Assembly: GCA_010093995.1 (NCBI GenBank) | Contig: ML992507.1 | Location: forward strand, 1,511,147 to 1,533,955 | From: Elsinoe ampelina | Taxonomy: Eukaryota | Length of the DNA stretch: 22,809 nt | Direction of reading: 5' to 3' | Shown: positions 9,191-17,825 of the stretch, in pieces | Layout of the letters: each line of letters starts with the position of its first letter | Numbering within the stretch: position 1 is the first letter of the stretch | The notes under the pieces: generated by a model | Databases searched by the model: none | Seen by the model: the letters and a program-made list of their open reading frames with translations, nothing else | What the model was told of the DNA's origin: nothing | Translations under genes and position numbers: made by a program

Positions 9191-12168
9191 GGATGGGGAG
9201 CAAAGGGGATGTATACATTTCTTTGTGCTTTTTGTTCGGGCTCGATGTATCTTACGGTGGTGCCATGATGAGTGATTGCCTAGAGGTATATCTCGTCGAG
9301 TATCTTGCTTCTGCGGATATCTGTATCGAGTGTTGGAGAACCTGCTACCTACTGGCATGATCGTCAAGCACGTGATCGACATCTCACTTGCTGCACTCGA
9401 CACACTGCACAATACTATTCGGACTCTGCATGCCCGGATTATGCCTGTGCAAAGCCATCAACATGCGCATGACAGGGACTTTACCTCACCCTCAGCCAGC
9501 ATTTGACCGTATATCCAGTTGGACCAGAATAGAAGAAAGGGCCGAACATGAACGAAGTATCATTGAGATGTGCCCGAAAGCATAGACATTGACTTACCTA
9601 ATCAGGACGATGTGAGACTTGCACGAGTCAACCTCAGTTCGTAGATGGTCAATTATCAGGACCTACATGACCATTCTGTGTATTCGCGAGGCTATTCCTG
9701 CGTTTTGTACCGGATTGTGGCCTAAGTGCAATGTGTGCTTTGTATGGCAGATGCAGGTCGGTGGCGGGCCTTGGCTGATGTCGGCTAATCACTTCCACGA
9801 GCAGTCAGGCGACCTGGTCATCTCCCTCGCAGCCTGAGACACAGAGGAAATAGGCGAATAGGCCTCTGGAGTGCTTGCCTATCGTGTCTTGGGTATGAAT
9901 GCCTGGAGAGAGATGATCGCTCGGTATAGCGGCTCAAGTGGCATGCATCAGACTTCCGTCATGGGTGCCTGCATTCAATGTTGCTGTGACCGGCTGCCTC
10001 ATTGCATCGCTGTCCATGACTGCAGATCGTATGAGTATGACGAGACGGGTGCTAGGCACGTTCCTCTCAGAAAGCAATGAGTGACTAAGGAGAAGCAATG
10101 AGAACCTTGTTGGTATGGAGGCCCCGCAAAAACACCCGCCATAAGGTCAATTTCAGCTCGACCGACTCCCTCTCCCAGTCCCGTGAAAACCCGAAAGAAT
10201 TGCTCTGGATCCGATTGATTGCATCTTCGCAATTGCTCATCACCTGTGCAAACATCGAAAAGCAACTCCTCTCGCCACCAGGAGCGGCACGATCCAGGAT
10301 CGACCAAAAGACGAATGCGGTGATCTTCAGTCCGGCGGAAAGACCAAGGGGAAACGTGGGATCCCCAGCGGACACCTTGACATCATCGCGCTGACCCATC
10401 AGAGCACGCTCCGACGAATGAGATGCTTCATACACCCATTCCACGCGACAAGGAGGCAGAACGTGACAACTCACGTCTTTACCGCTGGCCTCTACGGGCA
10501 TCATAGTTGGCATCATCTGGCCATCGTCTGGATCGCCAGCACACCGTCTTGCTGCCCGCTTCTGCTAGACCGACTTGACCATGACTGGCGATCTTCCTTT
10601 GCCTCAGGAGAGTCAACGGTCATCAAAGGATATGCTCGGCGGTGATGAAAGATGATCAAGACACGCGACCATGTGCGGATCGAAGTAGAGAAACACGGTA
10701 ACACTGTCTCTACAGCGATCTGCAGCTTCATGGTCGGGACGCCGAACTTGGTGCCTTTGATACAGACCAGAAACAGGGGAACCGGACACCAAATGGCATG
10801 TCAGACAGCGCATAGGGCCGCAGAATCTGGTTTTGGGCGCACACTCAGCCGCATCCTTCTGCATCTCAGCTTCCAGAACCAACACGCATCAAAGGAACAC
10901 ACGCGCCGTGAAACGCGGTCGGCACAGATCTGTCGTCACGCTACCGAGCTGCACGTCCTCTGCAGCAGCCACGCCTTGTTCCCCCTGCTTTTCCCATCAA
11001 TCATCCATGATTTTGCCGTGATTTTCGTAAACATCATCGTGGGTCTCGCCTTCCAAATTTTCAATTCATCTCCGCTTCTTCCTTTGATTCATGCCCCGCA
11101 CTGAATTCAATAGATTCGTTCAGACTAAGCGCCAAAGTGGTCATATGAGCTTAGTAGTCATCAAACTTGTATGCCGATCTGGGAAAAGTTGCCGGTGGAC
11201 TCGACAAGACCTGCTCCATGGACAAAATAAACTAATTAGACTATCCCACGATCGACGGTCTGGTGGCTTGTGGCTCGCGCCTCCCGCACGCCCACCCTTT
11301 GACCCCAGATTCCCAAGCCTTGTCGGGGCTGACCTCGCCCGAACACATCACGTCCTGCCCCCCTCATCACCTAGCGTGAAAGTACGCGCTCCCACCGCTC
11401 ACAGGTCATGCGCAGGTACAAGGCTCTCCAGGTCGGGTGAAAACTCCGTCACAGCAAGGCTCGACAGCTGCGCCGCTCGGTGCCCCGCGGGCATGGTTGC
11501 ATTTCCCATCTGCAAGCATTCCTTGACGAACTTCTCCATCATCTTGCCATCCGCGCCGAGCCAAAACTTGTACCGCTCTCTTTCCTTTCTGGTAGCGTGC
11601 CCCTCGCGCCGTTCCAGTCCGTCCGGAGATCTCGTCATACGCTTCATCTGAACCCAGTCTGTCTTCTCTATGGCATCTCTCTGCTGTTCTCGCGGCGACT
11701 TGGCTTGCAAGCATACGGCTGGGTCATCAGCTCAATCTCAAGTATAGGTACAGCAACACTGGTGGCCTCGGATCGATCTCGTCCCGCCGATCCCGCTTCG
11801 TTCTTGGAAACATACCGCCTGCTGAGCCTCTTGTAGGTAAACCATGCGGACCCTCGGTGCAGATCATCTTGACCTGATCTAATCTTCTTTCGCCCAATCC
11901 GGCACGCCTGTTGTCTAAATTTCCATCTGTATGACGTACAGGTACCTGACCGACTTGTTTTCCTCCTGACATGCACCTCGTGCCCACGCAACGACAGCAC
12001 CACACGCGCATCAATTCGCGCTGCCTCATTACAGCCCAATGACAGTCAGTGCTTGCCATCCGAGCTTGCCTACATGTCGGTCAGATGTCGCGCGTCATGC
12101 CCTGGCCATGCTCGGCGAGGTTGCTTGGAACATTTCCGGTCCTTCTCAGCTGAACCCACTCAATTCTC

Positions 12169-12174
12169 TATAAG
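12169..12174 (+). promoter_or_regulatory. Candidate TATA box of the GH43 gene
   Basis: TATAAG lies 144 nt upstream of ATG 12313 and is followed by a pyrimidine-rich leader. Confidence 0.35.
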
Positions 12175-12312
12175 TGAGCCTGAGGTAACCCTTACTTGCT
12201 TCCCGATCTCTCCATTGCTCGCTCACCGGAAGAAGCTCAGAGGCCAGCCCTGATCCCCACTTACTCCAAGAGGGAATAATCTCCAATCCCAAACCTCGGA
12301 CAGCATCTCACC

Positions 12313-13305
12313 ATGCTCTCCCCCCATCTCCTCACCACCCTCACCGGGCTGGCATTAGTCACCGCCAACCCCATCTCCAAACGCCTCGTCAGCCCCCCCG
12401 TAATCAGCCAAGACTTCCCCGACCCCTCCCCCTTCTTCGAGTCCGGCACCTGGTACGCCTTCGCCTCACAATCCAACTTCACCCGCGGCGGACCCAAAGT
12501 CCAAGTCGCTTCATCTCCCGACTTCACCACCTGGACCGTCCGCGAAGGCTACGACGCCCTCCGCTCCCTCCCGCCCAACACAATCGACACCAACGAAGTC
12601 TGGGCCCCGGACGTCACGCGCCTCAACGACGGCTCCTTCCTCATGTACTTCGGCACCACCCCGGCCTCGGACCGCGGGAAAAAATGCATGTACACGGCGC
12701 GCAGCACCACCCTCCTGGGACCCTACGACCCGGACCCGGAACCCTTCGACTGCTCCCTGTCCGAGGGCGGGTCGCTCGACGCATCGGGCTTCGTGGACGA
12801 CGACGGCACGCGGTACGTGACGTGGAAACTCGACGCCAACAGCCTGGGCAACGGGGGGTCGTGCGGCAACAGCGTGCCGCCGCTGGTGGACACGCCGATC
12901 GTGATCCAGCAGGTGGGCGCCGACGGGGCGACGAAAGTGGGTGATCGGACGGTGATTTTGAACCGGGACGACATCGATGGGCCGACGGTCGAGGCGCCAA
13001 AGATCATCAAGAAGGAGGGGTTTTATGTCTTGTTCTTTTCGAATAATTGCTTCAATAGTCCGTACTACACGCAGAGTTATGCGTATAGTAGGAATGTCAG
13101 GGGCCCGTATACCAAGGCGGCGAGGCCGTTGTATACCCTGGGTACGCAGGGGTTGTCGGGGCCCGGAGGGGGGGAGGCGACGGCGGATGGGAGTAGGATG
13201 GTTTTTCATGCGTTGAGGGAGGGAGGGGTGAGGTTCATGCATACGTCGAATTTGGAGTATAATGTTGGGGGGTTTGGGGAGGGGAGTATTGAGATTATTG
13301 GGTAG
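12313..13305 (+). CDS. Secreted glycoside hydrolase family 43 (single five-bladed beta-propeller; arabinanase/arabinofuranosidase/galactofuranosidase-like), 330 aa, intronless
   Basis: Signal peptide MLSPHLLTTLTGLALVTA followed by NPISKR (Kex2 site). GH43 motifs DFPDP (catalytic base), WAPDV, GGSLDASGF (pKa-modulating Asp) and VEAP (catalytic acid). Strong codon bias. Confidence 0.93.
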   Translation: MLSPHLLTTLTGLALVTANPISKRLVSPPVISQDFPDPSPFFESGTWYAFASQSNFTRGGPKVQVASSPDFTTWTVREGYDALRSLPPNTIDTNEVWAPDVTRLNDGSFLMYFGTTPASDRGKKCMYTARSTTLLGPYDPDPEPFDCSLSEGGSLDASGFVDDDGTRYVTWKLDANSLGNGGSCGNSVPPLVDTPIVIQQVGADGATKVGDRTVILNRDDIDGPTVEAPKIIKKEGFYVLFFSNNCFNSPYYTQSYAYSRNVRGPYTKAARPLYTLGTQGLSGPGGGEATADGSRMVFHALREGGVRFMHTSNLEYNVGGFGEGSIEIIG

Positions 13306-13682
13306 GACTTGCAATGATGGTCGAGGGAGATGAGATCCGGACTTGGATGTTCTGGATGTTCCGACGACTTGCTTTCGATCTTAATGCTTTCGGCTTCACG
13401 CTCGTTTTATACCCTTTTGCGGGCACGGCTTCTGCGACACGTTTCTCTGCGATGCGATAAAAGATGAAACGAAGACAGTAATGAGGATATGATGATGGAA
13501 AATGGGAATGAGGGTGGCTTGTCCACCCTTGTTGGGATATGATCTGGCAGGCGAGGAGCTCGGCGCTATAGTCTATAGTCTGTCAATGAATTTCTCCCTT
13601 ACCTACTTCTCAATGATGCCTTTGAAGTAAGCCGGGATTGCCGTGTCGTTCTCGTACACTGCCTCACGAAGTCGACGCGGTA

Positions 13683-15174
13683 TCACATGACTCTCAGTCT
13701 CCCGTCCCGTGTAACATAAAGGAGCATGTTCAGCGGAGAAGATGTGCATGACCGATACATGTCCCAGACACGCTTTGCATGTGCATGTGCTGGAAGAATC
13801 TTACTCCCCGCGTGATGCTGATCTGCAATACGGTAGGTAGGCAAAAGGTATGCCTCGGTCTTTGCAGATCTGGGCTGATGGCAGTGACAAGTTCTGAGCA
13901 TATGACAGATGACGTCTTTGCGTGTTGACGTTGGTGGTTCTGCTGTCACATGCTGCTTCGTGGTGTGGAATGCCGAATTGCGCCGAGATGCCGCAATCCA
14001 GTTCTGGTAGGATGTCACGTGCCCCGCGCTGTAGAACGATGTGATGGTCGACCAGCGATGGCTTGTGCAGTACTAGTCTGTGGTGCAATCGATGTTACCG
14101 AGTATCGCTAGCGATGAACGTGGAGTAGTTTGGTCTCGCAGTAGAGTGATCTTGCTCGGCACGTGAGGGTGGGACAAGCAATAGGAGGCCGTGTCTAGAC
14201 CGGTGTCAATAGATGCTTCGACGATCAGTGGCACGAGTGCTGGTAGACAGGAATATGCCCCTCTTCTGCCCAAGTGCCATGGATGCTTCGAGGCCTGTCA
14301 TGCGGCATGGCTGCCATAGATGGAGATGGCGGGGTAGACTCCGGGGTACCGGTGGGTGGCATGACTCGCAAGGGTGGAGAGAAGGAAGTCGGTGTAGCTG
14401 ATGAGGAAGAAAAGTGCTCTATCCAATTCGAGGATGCTTGCTTTTCATCGGTCCGATTGCTTGCGCGAAACCCAAGGTCTCTCAAAGGTTCGCTTGTGGA
14501 CGGAAAGTGATTCCGGAGCTGTCAACATACCATGTTATCCAGAGCAAGGTACTGCGTCGAGAAGCGACTTCAGAACAGCGTTCAAGCTCGGTGAGATTGA
14601 GGTGCACCATCGGAGGATGTTGGTGCAGCGATGATGGCTCCTGGGAGCCGATGTTCGATGGCCGACTGGAGATGTATCATCTCACAAGCTTCATCAATGT
14701 GGTACGTGTTCCATTCGAGACGTTTCACCAACGTCATCGCCACCACTGTGTCCTCTTTGCGAATTTGGGTCGAAAAGACATTTGTCCGTTCTTCCACCAT
14801 GAACCACGGCACAGCCTTCAAGACCCGACTCGATAAGGCCACAGTAATCTCTTCCAATGGGCATCCGCCGGCCACGATCATGAACGCTCCGCAGTTTTAA
14901 CTTCAGTCGCGAGCCAATGCCCTTCATCAGAGCCCTTCCCACATCACTTGGCGACGACGACGTCAAATCTACCATGACAAGCTTCCCTCCAAACGACCGT
15001 GCTTTATCGGCCTCATTTTCGCTTTCAAATTCGGTGGAATCCTCATCCACCGAGCTGGAGGATATACTAGAAGGACTTGCAGCTGGGTCGGTGTTCTGAT
15101 TGTGAACATCCTACCATCAGAGTATCTATACATGGTGCGTATCATTGCGATAGTAAGACTACATCTTTCAACAT
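13683..15174 (-). pseudogene. Probable decayed gene of unknown family (spliced 5' end, several frame breaks)
   Basis: ATG TTG AAA GAT (15174-15163), then a candidate 52-nt intron 15162-15111 (gtagtc...ctgatggtag) that splices in frame to DVHNQNTDP...VDEDSTEFESENEADK. Protein-like minus-strand fragments follow in changing frames (14582-14881, 14225-14485, 14073-14273, 13683-14018). No recognisable domain, and the donor site is weak. Confidence 0.35.
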
Positions 15175-15340
15175 AATCGCCTGGAGAAGATGGAAATCAA
15201 CCTTTATCAGCCCTCGTCTCGCGTCAGAAAAGTCTCTGTGTTGCTGTGTCGATTGACCCTAACCTAGGCAACTTCAATAATAGAAGCAGGGTATTAGGTG
15301 TCGGAAAACTCTTCAGTCTTGCTTAAGGGGGAGCGTCGAA

Positions 15341-15347
15341 TATAAAT
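15341..15347 (+). promoter_or_regulatory. TATA box of the small secreted protein gene
   Basis: TATAAAT lies 116 nt upstream of ATG 15457. It is followed by a C/A-rich leader and a strong start context (gcaaaaATG). Confidence 0.65.
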
Positions 15348-15456
15348 AAGCTCACCTTTCCACTCTACATCGAACACCAGCACCACTTTTATTAACCTGC
15401 ACAACTTCTATTCACCTGCACAACAACAGTCCCTTCAGCTGTTCTTCAACGCAAAA

Positions 15457-15981
15457 ATGATTCTCGGTCGTTTCAGTCGTGTCATCCTGGCAGTACTCTG
15501 CCTCTTCTTGAGCCTTGCTGCTGCTTCGCCAGTTGCCAAGCGTGACGCTAGCGATGTGGGATTCGTCACCGGGGAGCCCTTCACTGCCTTGGGCCAGCCA
15601 ATCACTGACTTGGACACCATTTCAACGTGAGCATCAAGGCGATTTAAGCAGAAGTGGACACTAACCCGTAACAGGGAGGAGAACGCGGAACTAGTAAAGC
15701 GCCAAAACCCAAGTGGAGTAATCAGCATCCCACCTAGGCGGACACCTGGTTTCAACGACATCATAGTCGGAGCTGTCAGGGTCATCACCTACTACACCGT
15801 AAAGGGCGCCATTGAAATCTACGTCAAGAACCTGAGTCCACACGCGGCTGCGTACAAACTCATTCACGCTCCGGGAGGAATAATCACTGGAATTGTCCCA
15901 GCTAACATGCAGGATCATTACACAAACCCTGCAAACTTCGGTCCGGGCGACCTTATTGACATCGCTGCCGTTCCTAGATAG
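15457..15981 (+). CDS. Small secreted Kex2-processed protein (158 aa; exons 15457-15626 and 15675-15981); effector/toxin candidate
   Basis: Not in the ORF track. Spliced translation: MILGRFSRVILAVLCLFLSLAAA-SPVAKR-DASDVGFVTGEPFTALGQPITDLDTISTEENAELVKR-QNPSGVISIPPRRTPGFNDIIVGAVRVITYYTVKGAIEIYVKNLSPHAAAYKLIHAPGGIITGIVPANMQDHYTNPANFGPGDLIDIAAVPR*. It has a signal peptide, two KR sites and an acidic pro-region, and a canonical intron restores the frame. Confidence 0.9.
15627..15674 (+). other. 48-nt spliceosomal intron of the small secreted protein gene
   Basis: Donor GTGAGC, branch site ACTAAC (15660-15665), acceptor CAG. Phase 2; splicing removes an in-frame TGA. Confidence 0.9.
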
Positions 15982-16238
15982 ACACCTAAAACGCCGACAC
16001 AAGAAAGGAACGATGCCGCTTATAAGGCGGCTAGGGAGTTAGCGTGGAAGAGACTATTCTCACGGGATAGAGCGTAGTGCTTCACTTCATTTTGTCGACA
16101 CACAAGTCTTGGAGAGTAGATTGCGTATCACGCATTCTACATACAAGCTAGTGTATTACTTTCCGATCTTAGTCTAGCCTAGCTGACAGCCACTCGTTTA
16201 CAAGTTTAGAATGAGCATAAATAAACTCCTTTTTGTGT

Positions 16239-17080
16239 TCACCAACAATCGGGCATGATGGGCTCGGCAATAGAGTCTGTAAAGAATCCTTGCTCAACGG
16301 TGGTGAGCATATCAAGGGATGTAACTACCAGAAATAGTCAATCGTGCTGCATAAGTGCTTCAAACCAAAGTACTCACGATCATTGCCACGACTCAAAGAG
16401 GAATTGTTCAGCTCCTGCTGCAGGAGGCAAATTCGGATCCGTGGAGGCAGTGTGTGTTGTCAAGACAAGGACCTCTCGAAGCACTATCGATCAACTCCAT
16501 GTCAACGAGCTTTCGTCCGGGACGAATCTTGCCAGGCTGTTTCTGGAACCACAGCCACTTCTGTTGACCAATTGCAGAAGCGACTGGCACCATGAGAGCA
16601 ACGCGCATGATTGTGGACAAAGAGGCGATGAGTGAGTTGAGCGTGAACACCGTGGAGGTCCAATCGGACACCAGAGTGTCGTCTGCTTGTGCTAAGACGA
16701 CGACAATCGCAATGTAGCAGCCAAAGGCCACGAGCATGCCAGAGATTTCCCAAAGCCACTATGTTGACGCGAATTGGAGGAAAGTACTCCAGCACGACCG
16801 TTCTGACTGGATGACTTTGGGCTCGTCGAATGCCTCGTGCTTCGGAGGAGGTGTTGGAGGCCTTGATGTCTGCCTGGTGTCGATGGAACTGTCGTCGAGC
16901 ATACCGCGATAGGACTGTGGTGTATTTGTAATAGATTGGTGGTCGGTTAGGTACGAGTCGCTGCCGGGGCTCGCTGAGCAGCCACTGCTGTTCATGCATA
17001 GGCGAAGGGGGAAATAGGTTACTCTGGATAAGTGGGGACGCTGGACGTCCTGCTGGGCTGGGGTAGTTCATCGGCTCCAT
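16239..17080 (-). pseudogene. DUF3176-family membrane protein pseudogene
   Basis: Family motifs (W)WLWEISG, FTLNSLIASLSTIMRVALMVPVASAIGQQKWLWF and LIDSASRGP. Lesions: frameshift near 16995-16999, in-frame TAG at 16759-16761 where TGG is expected, frame break and apparent deletion right after ASRGP, and early end at EPIMPDCW* (16239). A 53-nt intron at 16377-16325 (GTGAGT...TTGAC...TAG) is still recognisable. Confidence 0.82.
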
Positions 17081-17825
17081 GATTCAAGCGAGTGTGATTT
17101 CCAGTAGCAACGAGAGATTGCAAAGGGAAGAGTAGGGAGAGAGGAGAGAAACGACAGTGAGGACTTTAATAGAAGGAGTGGGCAATGTATGCCTACTCAC
17201 ACCACCAGGCGCAGCTGCGCCCTCTTGTGCTAGCTCAGCATCGAGGTCGAATGACCATCCACTACATGCTGGGCCAGACCGGCAGACGTATGCGCCAAGC
17301 CACCCTGCAGAGAGGAAGATGGGTGGCAGCAAAGATAGAGCAGCCAATGCAGAGCGTGGGCGCGGCTGAAAAGCATCTTCGTGCCTGTACTGCATTGGCT
17401 GTAAGCGCAATCCCAAAGAGCTAATGGATTGGTTGGACCTACCATACAGCTGAGACTGCCTCGTTACGCTTACCGGGAGTGGCAAAACAGGCGTAGTGGA
17501 CGTGGTTGCTAGCAGCGTGTCTACCACAGATTGCGCTCGAGCAGGTCAGTCCGCGGTATGGGGCACCGCAACGTGTGACAGCGAGGGGCACCGCGTGGGA
17601 TATGACCAATTGCGCCTGGAAGAACGTGGTAGATCATTGATCCCTTGTTGTTGCCTTTACGAGGTAATCTTGTGAATTTGGGAGGTGAAGCCGGAACATT
17701 AAGATGGAGCAGAAGTCTAAGTTCACTTATCATACCCAACCCTGACACAGACGGGAAAGTCACACGCAGCCATGAGGACAACAAACATTTGTGATTGTAC
17801 ATTACGCTATCCCACAACCCTGCTC

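Noticed and set aside
8244..9412. 279-aa ORFs overlapping the SEC16 3' end on both strands
   Set aside because: They are by-products of stop-poor, skewed GC-rich codon usage and have no domain features.
12511..13314. 267-aa minus-strand ORF
   Set aside because: It is an antisense shadow of the GH43 gene.
15257..15268. ccctaacct telomere-like word (also near 17831)
   Set aside because: Single units with no tandem array are expected by chance.
15391..15424. Near-tandem att(a/c)acctgcacaac duplication in the 5' leader
   Set aside because: Only two copies, best explained by a local slippage duplication; not an array.
15435..16002. Minus-strand ORFs of 117 and 103 aa
   Set aside because: They are shadows of the spliced plus-strand secreted protein gene.
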